Assembly: GCA_910577795.1 (NCBI GenBank)
Contig: CAJTNW010000001.1
Span: forward strand, 20,752 to 84,751
Origin: an uncultured Christensenella sp.
GTDB taxonomy: Bacteria > Bacillota > Clostridia > Christensenellales > UBA3700
Direction of reading: 5' to 3'
DNA: 64,000 bases
Shown: piece after piece, positions 8,974 through 19,679 of the stretch
Layout of the letters: the number at the start of each line of letters is the position of its first letter
Numbering within the stretch: position 1 is the first letter of the stretch
Notes under the pieces: generated by a model
Told to the model about the DNA's origin: nothing
The model's database searches: none
Seen by the model: only the letters and a program-made list of their open reading frames with translations
Position numbers and translations under genes: made by a program

Positions 8974-10686
8974 TTACTCTTCAGGAGTTTCTGTTTCCTC
9001 ATTATTATCTGTTTCAGGAATTACAGGTTGTTGTTCGCCATTATTATCTGGAACTTCTGGCTTAGTTTGCTCACCATTATTATCTGGATTTTCTGTTTCT
9101 CCATCGCCATTGTCTGGTATTTCTGGTTGGTCAGGTTCTGTTTCCCCACCACCTGGAACTTCAATTTCTGTTAAAACTAAATCTACTTCAACTTCTTCTC
9201 CATTCTCATGACAAATAATTTTGATTTCAGATTTTTCATTTCCCCATTTATAAGGTCCACGTTTTACGACTTTATTCCATTGTTCTACGGTTCCAGTAAA
9301 ACTGAAATTAATAATAACATTTCCTGTTGGAATATCTTCGTCTGCCTCATTTTTAACTGTTTCAGGTTTTCCTGCTCTTCTAAAAGCACCTTCATCAATA
9401 GTGTCTAATGTTGCTGGCAATCCTACTTCAGTTAAATTTTTACATTCTTCAAAAGCAAATTTACCAATATATTTTACACCACCAAGAATACTAATTTGTT
9501 TTAACCCACTCAAAGCAAAAGCATAATCTTCTATTCTTGTTAAATTTTGATTTAAAGTAATGTCACTTAATTTTGAAGTTGAACTAAATGCTTTTTTACC
9601 TATTACTCTTAAACTACTTGGAATATTAATTTTATTTAAAGAAGTACATTTCTCAAAAGCACTTTCCTTAATTTCTGTAACAGGACCATTTAATTCAACA
9701 ACAGTTATACCAGTACAACCAAAGCATAATCCGTTGCTTACAGTTGTCAATTGTGATGACAAAATAATTTTTTTCATTTTAGTACAATTGTTAAACACAT
9801 AATCACCAAGAGAAGTAACTGTATCTGGAATTGTAATTATACTTTCAATTTTAGTTTGCTTATCTGTAGGCACATTAATTTTTTTATTAGATAAAACGAT
9901 TAGGTTTGTGCAACTATCAAAAGCCTCTTTACCAATTGAAATTGTATCCTCTGAAATTTGAAGATATTTTAAACCAGCACAACCTTGGAATGCTTGTTCG
10001 CTAATATCAGTAAGGCTATTTGGAAGAATTACATTTTCTAACTTAGTACATTTCCTAAATGCACCAATACCAATAGAAGTTAACTTGTCAGGAAACTTAA
10101 TATTTTCAAGTGCTGTAGTATCCGTAATAAAAGTAGAATTGCCCATTTTTTCTAATGCAGAACAATTCATAAAAGCAGAATCACCTATCCTTTCTAATGA
10201 AGAAGGGATTACAATAGTTGCTAAAGTATCACAACCTCTAAAAGCACCGTCACCAATAGTTGTTAAATTATTACCATTGATAATAACCTCTTGCAAAGCA
10301 TTAAATCTTGGATAATTAGTCTCTGACTGATGATATACAGAAAATACTCCACTAGCAATTTCCTTAACAGGCACACCATCAATATCATCATCAACTACTA
10401 CCTTATTATATTTTTCAGCAACTCTTGCATCTGTCAAAATATAATATGTACCATCACTGCTAAGTTCATAAACCAATCCAGAAGTAGGTTTTTCTTCTTT
10501 TTTTTCATCATTAACCTCTTCTTCAAATTCATTATCTAAATCAGGAATTGGTGTTTCAACTTGCACTGCGTTTTCATTTTCTTTTTCCGTATTACTTGCT
10601 GGGTCTTTGCACGCAACAAGGGTAAACACGGATAATGTCATAATAACTATTACAGCAATTAAAACAAACACTTTTTTCTTTGTCAT
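8974..10686 (-). CDS. BspA-type leucine-rich-repeat lipoprotein
   Basis: The start was moved to MTKKKVFVLIAVIVIMTLSVFTLVAC (lipobox LVAC, RBS GAGGGGAA). The body has many repeats of the I.IP.SVT.IG..AF..C..L type. The tail is acidic with PDNNGEQ repeats. Confidence 0.8.
   Translation of the reverse strand: MTKKKVFVLIAVIVIMTLSVFTLVACKDPASNTEKENENAVQVETPIPDLDNEFEEEVNDEKKEEKPTSGLVYELSSDGTYYILTDARVAEKYNKVVVDDDIDGVPVKEIASGVFSVYHQSETNYPRFNALQEVIINGNNLTTIGDGAFRGCDTLATIVIPSSLERIGDSAFMNCSALEKMGNSTFITDTTALENIKFPDKLTSIGIGAFRKCTKLENVILPNSLTDISEQAFQGCAGLKYLQISEDTISIGKEAFDSCTNLIVLSNKKINVPTDKQTKIESIITIPDTVTSLGDYVFNNCTKMKKIILSSQLTTVSNGLCFGCTGITVVELNGPVTEIKESAFEKCTSLNKINIPSSLRVIGKKAFSSTSKLSDITLNQNLTRIEDYAFALSGLKQISILGGVKYIGKFAFEECKNLTEVGLPATLDTIDEGAFRRAGKPETVKNEADEDIPTGNVIINFSFTGTVEQWNKVVKRGPYKWGNEKSEIKIICHENGEEVEVDLVLTEIEVPGGGETEPDQPEIPDNGDGETENPDNNGEQTKPEVPDNNGEQQPVIPETDNNEETETPEE
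8995..9135 (-). repeat. imperfect in-frame tandem repeats (about 33-42 nt) encoding the P-D-N-N-G-E-Q tail of the LRR protein
   Basis: CCATTATTATCTGG(A/T)... recurs at about 8999, 9039, 9074 and 9107. The repeats are coding, not a CRISPR array. Confidence 0.6.
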
Positions 10687-11092
10687 AACATTCCCCTCAA
10701 ATTTATAATAATTTGCTAAAACTTGCAAAATTTATCTTTTGCAAAGTAAAATCTAGTATCCTCTTAACCCATTTTTTTGATTTGGGGATACTTTGGTATT
10801 TACATTATATAATAAAAAAATTACAAAATCAATCTTTTTACATAAAATTTAACTTTACTCCCTATTTTAGTAAAAATCAGTCTAGCAACTTTCATTTTTT
10901 AGCCAGTTGTTGTCGCTTTATTTTATAAACCTTAAAAAAATATTTATTTGCTCAAATCTCTAAATATTTAATTGTATTCTTTTAACTTTTTCCAACAAAT
11001 TTACTCATATTTTTTAAATAATAGCGATTTTTGACACGTTTTTATAAAAAATAACAGTGCCTTAACACTGCTATTTTAAATTGTACTTTTTA

Positions 11093-12547
11093 TTAATATG
11101 CTCTTGCAAAATATATAACTTTTAAATCTTCCTCTTTGCACTGTTTACCACAGCAAATACATTTATCCCCAACTAGTGTTTGGTCAAAAGGCATAACCCT
11201 TGCAGTAGCCTGATACAATTCCTTAATTTTTGCTTCACATTCAGGGCAACCACACCACATAGTTTTAACAAAGCATTTGTTATCCAAAGCCTCTTTCATT
11301 TCGTCCAATGTGCTACAAGTAACAATATGACTATCCATAAAGGCTTTTGCCTTATTATACATATTAATATGTACTTCATCTAAAAGTTTCGTTACTACAG
11401 CAGCAATGTTATCCCTTGCCGCCTCTATTTTTTCAAATGTATCACGACGTACAATTTGTACAACACCATTTTCAATATCTCGTGGACCTTGCTCTACTCT
11501 TAAAGGAACTCCTTTCATTTCCCATTCATTAAACTTCCAACCAGGAGTATTATCTGTAAAGTCTTTTTCTGCACGAATGCCAGCAGCCATTAACTCTTTA
11601 TACAATTCTTCTGCCTTTTCAATAACCCCCTCTTTATGAGATGCTACCGGAATAACTATTACTTGAATAGGAGCAACTCTTGGAGGTAACGCAAGTCCTC
11701 TTTGGTCGCCATGAGCCATAATTAAAGCACCAATTAATCTTGTTGAAACACCCCAACTAGTTTGGTATGGGAATTTTAATTCGCCATCTTTATCAAGATA
11801 CTTAATTTCAAATCCTTTTGCAAAGTTACAACCTAAATCATGTGAAGTACCTGCTTGCAAAGACTTTCCGTCAAGCATCATTGCTTCCATACCATAAGTT
11901 GCGTTAGCACCTGCAAATTTTTCCTTTTCTGTCTTTTTACCTGTAAGCACAGGAGTTGCAAGTACATTTTCCATAAATTCTGCATAAACATTAAGCATTT
12001 TAAATGTTTCTTCCTCTGCCTCTTCGTGAGTGCGGTGCAAAGTATGACCTTCTTGCCACAAAAATTCACTTGTTCTTAAAAAAGGTCTAGTTGTTTTTTC
12101 GCAACGGAAAACATTTGCCCATTGATTAATAAGCACTGGCAAATCACGATAACTTTTTACCCATTTTTTATACATTTCGCAAATAATAGTTTCGCTTGTA
12201 GGTCTTACAACCAATTTTTCCGGCAACTCTTCCTCACCATAATGAGTAACCAAAGCAACTTCTGGTGCAAAGCCCTCAATATGCTCTTTTTCCCTTGTCA
12301 AAAAACTATAAGGAATCAACATAGGAAAATATGCGTTTTTATGACCTGTTTCTTTAAACCTTTTATCTAACTCTTTTTGAATATTTTCCCATATAGCATA
12401 ACCATAAGGACGTATAACCATACTTCCTTTTACTGGACCATAATCTACAAGTTCAGTTTTTAATACCACATCGGTATACCATTGAGGAAAATTTTCGTTA
12501 ATATCTGCTATTTCCTGTACAAATTGTGCATTGTTTTTCTTTGCCAT
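11093..12547 (-). CDS. proS: prolyl-tRNA synthetase, short archaeal/eukaryote-like type
   Basis: 484 aa. N-terminus is ...FPQWYTDVVLKTELVDYGPVKGSMVIRPYGYAIWE. Class II motifs are present, there is no INS editing insertion, and the Cys-rich C-terminal domain ends in ...FARAY. Confidence 0.95.
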   Translation of the reverse strand: MAKKNNAQFVQEIADINENFPQWYTDVVLKTELVDYGPVKGSMVIRPYGYAIWENIQKELDKRFKETGHKNAYFPMLIPYSFLTREKEHIEGFAPEVALVTHYGEEELPEKLVVRPTSETIICEMYKKWVKSYRDLPVLINQWANVFRCEKTTRPFLRTSEFLWQEGHTLHRTHEEAEEETFKMLNVYAEFMENVLATPVLTGKKTEKEKFAGANATYGMEAMMLDGKSLQAGTSHDLGCNFAKGFEIKYLDKDGELKFPYQTSWGVSTRLIGALIMAHGDQRGLALPPRVAPIQVIVIPVASHKEGVIEKAEELYKELMAAGIRAEKDFTDNTPGWKFNEWEMKGVPLRVEQGPRDIENGVVQIVRRDTFEKIEAARDNIAAVVTKLLDEVHINMYNKAKAFMDSHIVTCSTLDEMKEALDNKCFVKTMWCGCPECEAKIKELYQATARVMPFDQTLVGDKCICCGKQCKEEDLKVIYFARAY

Positions 12548-12682
12548 CTTTATATCTCCGTCAAATTCTTTTAACTTTGTTTATTTATTATATACATTTT
12601 AGTATAAAATTGCAAGTTATTTGTATCTTAATATTAATTTTAACTACAAATAAAGTCATTTATTTTATCACAAATACAATTT

Positions 12683-13501
12683 TTATCTTAATTGCTTTGG
12701 TAAATTGCAATATGTTTCCCCAATATTGTTTATTGTATTGTTTTTGTTTACACCATGAAAGTCACTTCCACCTGTTGCAAACAAACCAAATTGTTTTGCT
12801 ATTTTTTCAAACACTTCTATTTTATCTGGTGTATGAGTAGGATAATAAACTTCTAATCCATCTAACCCATACGGCTTTAAACCTTCTATTAAAGGAATTA
12901 ATTTTTTTGTATTATATAGTTGCAATGGGTGAGCAATAACTGCTTTTCCACCACTTGCCTTAATTTCCTGCACCGCTTTTAATGGGGAAATTCTGTTGCT
13001 AGGCACATAAGCCAAACTATTTTCGCCTAAATATCTATCAAAAGCCTCTTGAATAGAGGACACATATCCACCCGCCTTTAAGGCAACAGCAATATGACTT
13101 CTACCAATATTGACTTTAGGTAATTTTTCAATATCAATATTTATGTTAAACCTTTTTAGTTTATCCAAAATCTTGCCCGCTCTTATTATTCTTTGTTCTA
13201 AAAGGTCATTTAACAACTCAAGCAAAACTGGTGAATTATGGTCTATATCATATCCCAAAATATGTATTGACATTACACTATAGGCAGAGATTTCTATCCC
13301 CGGGACTACTTTTAGTCCAATTTGGTTACCATACAATATCGCATCATTTACACCACTAACAATATCATGGTCGGTTATTGCAACACAGTCTAAGCCCTTA
13401 AACTTAGCAAGGTCCATTACTTCGCCAACAGTCATAGCACCATCGCTATGCGTAGTGTGTATATGTAAATCGCTTTTAATAATAGGCATTTTACCTTGCA
13501 T
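12683..13501 (-). CDS. PHP-domain metal-dependent phosphoesterase (TrpH/YciV-like)
   Basis: Carries the PHP signatures DLHIHTTHSDG...CVAITDHD...GGSDFHG. An alternative start lies at 13489. Confidence 0.75.
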   Translation of the reverse strand: MQGKMPIIKSDLHIHTTHSDGAMTVGEVMDLAKFKGLDCVAITDHDIVSGVNDAILYGNQIGLKVVPGIEISAYSVMSIHILGYDIDHNSPVLLELLNDLLEQRIIRAGKILDKLKRFNINIDIEKLPKVNIGRSHIAVALKAGGYVSSIQEAFDRYLGENSLAYVPSNRISPLKAVQEIKASGGKAVIAHPLQLYNTKKLIPLIEGLKPYGLDGLEVYYPTHTPDKIEVFEKIAKQFGLFATGGSDFHGVNKNNTINNIGETYCNLPKQLR

Positions 13502-13615
13502 TATATCCTCCCACTTTTTACTTTGCGTAAAACAACTGCTTGTACTTATTTGTCTTTAAAATTTAAATTAACTATTCAAAAATCGCTATTAAATCATTTT
13601 TTATTTAATATTCAA

Positions 13616-14965
13616 TTAATTTTTAGTCAACCTATTAATTATTTCTTCCTTTGTAGGAACTCTTCCATTTTGCAAAATCCATAACATAATTTTGCCAAGC
13701 AACTCGCCTACTTCCTTGCCACAATATCCTAAACTTAGCAAATCATTACCATTAATAGGCAAATCTTTTATAGTAAAAGGCATATTGTCATTTATCATTT
13801 TATTCTTTAAATCTATTAATTTTTGTGTGGCACTATCATCATAATTATTAGGATTAGTTGCCATACCATCTGCTCGCCTTAGCATTATAAAATCGTCAAA
13901 GTAATCTATATTGTCTGCAATAAAAACTCTGCATTTGGACATTCTTGTTTTTCCATCAACATTAAACATATGTATTTTAACAAGTCTACTTATTATTTGG
14001 GTGTCATTTTGAGAAAACTTAAGTCTTGTCAAAATATCCTTTGCCATATCGCTACCAACAATTTCGTGAGTATACATATTGCCATATTTATTATAAAGTT
14101 CCGCCTTTGCAATATCATGAAGCAACCCTGCCATCATTAATCTTGGAGGCAAATAATCTATAATTTTTAATGTGTGATTATAAACATCATACAAATGGTA
14201 CTTTGGATTTTGTGGCATACCTATCATTAAATTAATTTCAGGTATTATATATTCCATTGCACCAATATCCACTAACATTCTAATACCATCGCTAGGATTT
14301 ACACCATTGTTTTTGCTGTTATACTTAAAAACACCTTCAAAAATCGCTATTAATTCGTCTTTTATCCGCTCTTTAGATATATCTTTTAGCATAAACGAAT
14401 ACTTTTTTGCGTCCTTTAAAGTTTCAGTTTCTATACCAAAACCTAACTGCACATAAAACCTTACTAGCCTCATAATACGCAAAGCATCTTCACTTAAAGT
14501 AACATCACGCACAGCACGTAAAACTTTGTTATTAATATCTTGCACACCACCTACTAAATCTATAATTTTATTTTCAATTATGTCATAGTACAAAGCATTG
14601 CAAGTAAAATCTCGTCTTAAAGCATCTTCTTTTATGTTATCAGTAAAAATACATTTTGCTGGTTTATGGTCACCTTTTTTTAGTGGGTAACTATCCTGTC
14701 TAAAAGTAGTATATTCAAACTTAATATTATCCACCTTAATAACCAAAGTACCTGTCCTTTTGTAGGACGCAACAATTTTATAGTTAGTTCCCAAAAGCAA
14801 CTCCTCTACCTTTTGAGGAAGTAATTTGCTTGTAATATCATAATCGCTTACCGGATAGCCTAAAAGACTATTACGTACAGCGCCACCAACTATATACAAA
14901 GGTGCAAAAGGTTTAAATATTTCTGCTAGCCTAAAAAGGCTTTCTGGAATAATACTTTTTAACAT
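13616..14965 (-). CDS. cca: CCA-adding tRNA nucleotidyltransferase with HD domain
   Basis: Has GGAVRNSLLGYPVSDYDI (the PolyA_pol head) and an HD region (LLHDIAK). The track start at 14983 is a TTG, so I chose the ATG at 14965, which follows GGAGAG. Confidence 0.85.
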   Translation of the reverse strand: MLKSIIPESLFRLAEIFKPFAPLYIVGGAVRNSLLGYPVSDYDITSKLLPQKVEELLLGTNYKIVASYKRTGTLVIKVDNIKFEYTTFRQDSYPLKKGDHKPAKCIFTDNIKEDALRRDFTCNALYYDIIENKIIDLVGGVQDINNKVLRAVRDVTLSEDALRIMRLVRFYVQLGFGIETETLKDAKKYSFMLKDISKERIKDELIAIFEGVFKYNSKNNGVNPSDGIRMLVDIGAMEYIIPEINLMIGMPQNPKYHLYDVYNHTLKIIDYLPPRLMMAGLLHDIAKAELYNKYGNMYTHEIVGSDMAKDILTRLKFSQNDTQIISRLVKIHMFNVDGKTRMSKCRVFIADNIDYFDDFIMLRRADGMATNPNNYDDSATQKLIDLKNKMINDNMPFTIKDLPINGNDLLSLGYCGKEVGELLGKIMLWILQNGRVPTKEEIINRLTKN

Positions 14966-14983
14966 TAACTCTCCACTATACAA

Positions 14984-15523
14984 TTATTTTATATAAACAG
15001 ATGGTGACAATACGCAAATATCCTTAAGATTACGATAATTTTGAGCATAGTCTAAACCATAGCCAATAACAAACTCGTCAGGTATAACCTTTCCGTTATA
15101 ATCTGTTACAATATCAACCTCACGCCTTTCTGGTTTGTCTAGCATTGTAACAACTTTTAAGCATTTAGGCTCACGCACCATTAACAATTCAGTCAAACTT
15201 TTAATAGTTCTTCCGCTATCAATAATATCCTCAACTATCAAAACATTTTTGCCCTTAATATTTTCGGATAAATCTTTAATGATTTTAACATCTTTGCTTG
15301 AAGTAGTACTATTGCCATAACTAGATAGCACCATAAAATCAAACTTAACATCAAGTTTAATCTCTCTTACTAAATCACTAAAGAAAATACAGGACCCTTT
15401 TAAAATACAAACCACTATAAGTTCTTCACCCAAAAAGTCTTTTGTAATTTGCTCTCCTAAATTTTTTACTATAGTTGCTATTTCTTCTTTTGGTATAAGC
15501 ACTTTTTCAATATCGTTGCACAT
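14984..15523 (-). CDS. hpt: hypoxanthine phosphoribosyltransferase
   Basis: 179 aa with the PRPP-binding motif VLIVEDIIDSGRT. It follows tilS as in Bacillus. Confidence 0.95.
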   Translation of the reverse strand: MCNDIEKVLIPKEEIATIVKNLGEQITKDFLGEELIVVCILKGSCIFFSDLVREIKLDVKFDFMVLSSYGNSTTSSKDVKIIKDLSENIKGKNVLIVEDIIDSGRTIKSLTELLMVREPKCLKVVTMLDKPERREVDIVTDYNGKVIPDEFVIGYGLDYAQNYRNLKDICVLSPSVYIK

Positions 15524-15556
15524 TTTCTTTTCTCCTACGTATTTATTTATCTTATC

Positions 15557-16876
15557 TTAATTGCTTATTAAATTAATTTTGTAAATCTTTTTACTTGTAT
15601 CAAGCAGTTTTGCTTTTTCTGCTATCTCTACCCCACACACGCAAAGTATGTCATTACCATTTGCAATAACGGGCAGCCTATCCCTAAACCTAAGTGGTAC
15701 TTTTTTATCAGTCAAAAAATCACCCAAACTTTTACTGCCACCACCAAACTTTGCTATCCTATCGCCATTTTGCCTTTGCCTAATAACAAGACTATCTAAA
15801 TCAAAATCATCTACTGCAATATACAAAGTTTTGTTTATTCCTGCACTATCATTTAAATTGTTTTTGCAAAAATCATTAACCTTTTGCACTACTAATTCAA
15901 ACCCACTTATTTCAAAAAATCCCTCTGAAAATCGGTATTTTACTATAGGATAATCATTTTTTTTGGTAATTACTACTCCATCTTTTTCTTTATACACAGT
16001 AGTGTTATACGGCATATCTAAACTGCCCATTTTGCCACATACAGCAAAGTCAATTATGCTTTTTATATGCCTTTCCTCAATATCCGCAACCACACCTAAA
16101 AGGCTAAAACCCCTTCGTATCATTTCCGCTTGTATGACAATATGTCTACCTTTTAAGTCGCAGTAAACACCATCATTTTCTAAACACAATGCAGGAGTAT
16201 TTTGGTCAATAAAATCCGCTATCTCTTTTGCTCTTTCGGCTAACTTGATTAAATTTTTATCAATTGCAGGATAAACTTTTTTTATACTAGGCAATATTTG
16301 ATTACGGATAAAATTGCGGCTATAATTATTGTCCTTATTTGTACTATCCTCGCAAAACTCTATTTTATTTTTATCAACATACTCCAAAATTTCTTGTTTA
16401 GTAGTAAAAAGCAAAGGTCTTAAAATATGCCCATCTTCAACAGACATACCTTGTAAGCCATCAATGCCCGTACCCCTTGCAATGTGCATAAACACACTTT
16501 CCGCTTGGTCTTGTGCATGGTGAGCCGTTGCCACTGCACTAGCATACTGTTGCACTGCAGCCTCAAAAATTTTATGCCTTAATATACGTGCAGCCTGCTC
16601 TATTGTATAGCCGTTTTCTTTTGCAAAGCCAATTGCATCTACATCATATTTTTTTAACTCTATACCATACTTATCCGCATAGCATTTTACAAAATCGCTA
16701 TCTCGTCTGCTTTCTTCCCCTCTAATATGATGGTCTATGTTAATAATCAAAAAACTATCTTTGGGGCGATTTTGCCTAAACCACTCCAGCATAGCCATAC
16801 TATCTACCCCACCACTTACCGCAAGTGCAATAACAGGATATGTATTTATAATAGAAACAATATGCGATTTTATCAT
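15557..16876 (-). CDS. tilS: tRNA(Ile)-lysidine synthetase
   Basis: PP-loop motif AVSGGVDSMAM at the N-terminus. 439 aa. Shows tilS-hpt synteny. Confidence 0.9.
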   Translation of the reverse strand: MIKSHIVSIINTYPVIALAVSGGVDSMAMLEWFRQNRPKDSFLIINIDHHIRGEESRRDSDFVKCYADKYGIELKKYDVDAIGFAKENGYTIEQAARILRHKIFEAAVQQYASAVATAHHAQDQAESVFMHIARGTGIDGLQGMSVEDGHILRPLLFTTKQEILEYVDKNKIEFCEDSTNKDNNYSRNFIRNQILPSIKKVYPAIDKNLIKLAERAKEIADFIDQNTPALCLENDGVYCDLKGRHIVIQAEMIRRGFSLLGVVADIEERHIKSIIDFAVCGKMGSLDMPYNTTVYKEKDGVVITKKNDYPIVKYRFSEGFFEISGFELVVQKVNDFCKNNLNDSAGINKTLYIAVDDFDLDSLVIRQRQNGDRIAKFGGGSKSLGDFLTDKKVPLRFRDRLPVIANGNDILCVCGVEIAEKAKLLDTSKKIYKINLISN

Positions 16877-16948
16877 ATTTCTATTATATAACTATTTAAT
16901 GATTTTTGCAAGGATTTATATTATTTAAAAATTTTAATTTATAATAAT

Positions 16949-16982
16949 ATAAAAAAGCATAACCCCAAACTGAGTTATGCTT
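16949..16982 (-). terminator. terminator hairpin after spoIIE
   Basis: AAGCATAAC (16955-16963) pairs with GTTATGCTT (16974-16982), with a minus-strand T-run from the plus-strand A-run at 16951-16956. Confidence 0.5.
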
Positions 16983-17014
16983 AATTTTAACTTGATTTTT
17001 TACAAAAACCAACT

Positions 17015-19396
17015 TTATTTTTTATTATAAATTTTAGCAACAATAACTGTGCTATCATCTTTTGCACCACCTGCTGTTGCTTGGTGCAATATGTCTTCTG
17101 CCAGTTGTTCAGGATTAGTGCTTGGGTTATTTATAATAATGTCACAAATACTATCTTGACCTAAATAGTCAGATATTCCGTCAGTAAACATTACCATAAT
17201 ATCCCCATCCATAACAATGTGCCTATCCGTATAAGGTTTTGCTTCCTCTACAATACCCAAAGGCAATGCCCCACCGCCTAACAAATAGCACTTGTTGTTT
17301 CTGATAAGCAAACTTTGCGTTCCACCCAACTTGATTATATCAATTATTCCAGCAGTCAAATCCACCATTGCCAAGTCTATGCAAGTAAAAGTTTCGCTAT
17401 TGTAAGTAGCAAGTATTTTGTTAATTAATGATAGTATAGCATTGTTATTAAAACCAGCCTTATAAAAGTTTTCTATCATACCTATTGTAGAGGTGGAATT
17501 AAAGTTTGCAACCTCACCACTACCCATACCATCACAAAGCACTAGCATAAACTTATCATACGCAACCTTTTGTATGCTAAAAGTATCCCCGCTAGCCCTG
17601 CTACCATCCATTGCACAGGTTGCTACACCATACGTTATTGCATATTGAGGTGCTTGCTTTAGTGTTACAATATCAAACCCGGATATTTTGGACGGACTGC
17701 AGTCTACCACCTCAAAAACACCTTTTAGCACTTTGGATACCACATTTGGCAGTGCAGATTTGGAACTATCTTTTCGCCTTACAGTAAGAGTTACACCATA
17801 CACACCATTTTCGCCACTAACAACTATATCACGGCAAACAATGTTAAAATAATAAAGTTCGGTAATTATACTTTGCTCACTTTCCGTATCAAAAAATACT
17901 GCACTTCGTATTTCTGTACCCAAGGACATAAGCATGGCACTTAAACTTTGCATTTGCTCACCCAAAATAATCCTACCAGCACCAATTTGATTTTTCCTAT
18001 ACAAAAACTTAACTAATTTTTGAGATTTATCCAAAACAAGATTAATAAGCGAATCTTGCTTAGTGCACCTACTTTGCAAAAATGGCGATAAATCGTCCTT
18101 TGTTACAATACCATTGTACATTGCCTTATCTACTATATCTTTTATTGCAAGTGTAGTATCACCACCCAGCATAGCCGAGCAAAACTTAAAATTAGGGCAT
18201 TTGGAGCAATGTTCCACAGCAATTTCACCAGCAAGTTCCAAACTATTATTTGCAGTAACAACCAGTTCCGTACCGCCTAAAACCCCACCTATTTCCGCAA
18301 AAACCTTTGCCATATCACTTAGTTTTTTGCTTGTTTCTTGCCTATTTCGTAGCACAACTGAATGTTCTGCATTTTGACTTGTTCCCCCGCCAAACAAATG
18401 AACAAAGTGTTCTTTTGCATTTTTTGGTATAAGCAAAAATACTATCATACCAACAGCAACCGCTATAATATGAAAATAATCGTATTTGCCAAACGCGTTA
18501 AAATACATACCAACAAAAACGTCGCCTATTATAAAAGCAATTGCAGAAATATAAATGTTGCTTTTTGCAAAAAGCAAGGCAAAAGCCACGCAAAGCACAA
18601 GTCCGCCCGCTATCATAATATTGCCACCCTCAAGTCCAGCGCCAATACCAAGCACAACCGCACCAACAAACCCAACCCCAATTTTGCCAGAAAATACAAG
18701 TATCATAAGTGCAAAGGTAGAAATAAGGTAAAATGGCTTAAACCCAAAAATATCTATAGCAAAAAGCCCTATAGATAGTGCAACAACCAAAGTGGCAAGT
18801 CCAAAAAGTTCGTCTTTTGCCAAGTGATATTTTGCACCCCTAACAATTACTGCATAAAGTGCAATAGTTGCAGTGTAAGTGAATATTTGAGATATAATTA
18901 CCGCACAAACAGCATGCACAAGTTGCCCTGTAGCGGTAAGATTAAACAAAATAACTGGCAACTGGCAAATTAAAGCATATAGGTTTGTTTGCAACATTTT
19001 CATAGGTCTTAACAAAAATTGATGCAACATTCTTGCCGCTATAAAAACAACAGCCGGCAAAACAGCAATAACAAACCTAGATACACTAAACCCAGTAACT
19101 ATGCTAGACAAAATATATCCGACTGACAATAAAAAAACGTTTTCTCTGCAATAAACCAAGCCTACAAATAAACCTAGAGTAAAAGGTGTAAGTCCTGCAC
19201 TTGATTTTGCAAAATTAAGCAAAATCATCATGGCAAAATAGCCTACATACTTAGCAATTTCCAACAGCAGAGTTTTTCGGTCTAAAGTATGCCTAGCCTC
19301 CCTGTACTTAAAGCCGTTTACTCTTTTTTTGCCATTATGTATAGGTAATTTTACCTCTTGCGTACCAATATCCTCAATTAATAAATCGTCTTTCAT
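17015..19396 (-). CDS. spoIIE: stage II sporulation protein E (membrane PP2C phosphatase)
   Basis: 793 aa with about 10 N-terminal TM helices. The C-terminal PP2C domain shows ...LVLCDGMGSG... and ...MVMFTDGISD.... It lies upstream of tilS-hpt, as in the B. subtilis spoIIE...tilS-hprT arrangement. Confidence 0.85.
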   Translation of the reverse strand: MKDDLLIEDIGTQEVKLPIHNGKKRVNGFKYREARHTLDRKTLLLEIAKYVGYFAMMILLNFAKSSAGLTPFTLGLFVGLVYCRENVFLLSVGYILSSIVTGFSVSRFVIAVLPAVVFIAARMLHQFLLRPMKMLQTNLYALICQLPVILFNLTATGQLVHAVCAVIISQIFTYTATIALYAVIVRGAKYHLAKDELFGLATLVVALSIGLFAIDIFGFKPFYLISTFALMILVFSGKIGVGFVGAVVLGIGAGLEGGNIMIAGGLVLCVAFALLFAKSNIYISAIAFIIGDVFVGMYFNAFGKYDYFHIIAVAVGMIVFLLIPKNAKEHFVHLFGGGTSQNAEHSVVLRNRQETSKKLSDMAKVFAEIGGVLGGTELVVTANNSLELAGEIAVEHCSKCPNFKFCSAMLGGDTTLAIKDIVDKAMYNGIVTKDDLSPFLQSRCTKQDSLINLVLDKSQKLVKFLYRKNQIGAGRIILGEQMQSLSAMLMSLGTEIRSAVFFDTESEQSIITELYYFNIVCRDIVVSGENGVYGVTLTVRRKDSSKSALPNVVSKVLKGVFEVVDCSPSKISGFDIVTLKQAPQYAITYGVATCAMDGSRASGDTFSIQKVAYDKFMLVLCDGMGSGEVANFNSTSTIGMIENFYKAGFNNNAILSLINKILATYNSETFTCIDLAMVDLTAGIIDIIKLGGTQSLLIRNNKCYLLGGGALPLGIVEEAKPYTDRHIVMDGDIMVMFTDGISDYLGQDSICDIIINNPSTNPEQLAEDILHQATAGGAKDDSTVIVAKIYNKK

Positions 19397-19620
19397 ATAC
19401 TTTACCTCAAATAGTGAATTCTTAAAAATAATACCAAAATTTAAGGCAAAATAAAATATTAATCTGTCAAAAGAACTATAGTATTTTTCTTTTTTTGTAA
19501 TAAATTATCAAAAACAAAATTGCAATTAATAGACTTTTTCAACTTATCCTTATATATTTTGTAATATATATTATTTTTTCTATTAATCATTATTGTTATT
19601 ATTAAATACATTTTGTAAAA

Positions 19621-19660
19621 CAAAAATCACTCTGCTTACCACAGAGTGATTTTTTATTTT
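19621..19660 (-). terminator. terminator hairpin after the GPH transporter gene
   Basis: AATCACTCTG (19625-19634) pairs with CAGAGTGATT (19642-19651), flanked by A- and T-runs. Confidence 0.6.
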
Positions 19661-19679
19661 ATATTAATATCAACACTAA

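Noticed and set aside
8995-9135. Tandem repeats that might be a CRISPR array or minisatellite.
   Set aside because: The repeats are imperfect, in frame and inside the LRR lipoprotein ORF, where they encode the P-D-N-N-G-E-Q tail. There are no unique spacers and no cas genes.
12548-12682. Possible T-box leader upstream of proS.
   Set aside because: The leader is about 135 nt and AT-rich, with no T-box consensus (AGGGUGGNACCGCG-like) and no terminator/antiterminator pair.
19397-19679. Spo0A boxes (TGNCGAA) upstream of spoIIE.
   Set aside because: Only one degenerate hit (TGTCAAA at about 19470) was found, which is not enough to call a 0A-regulated promoter from sequence alone.
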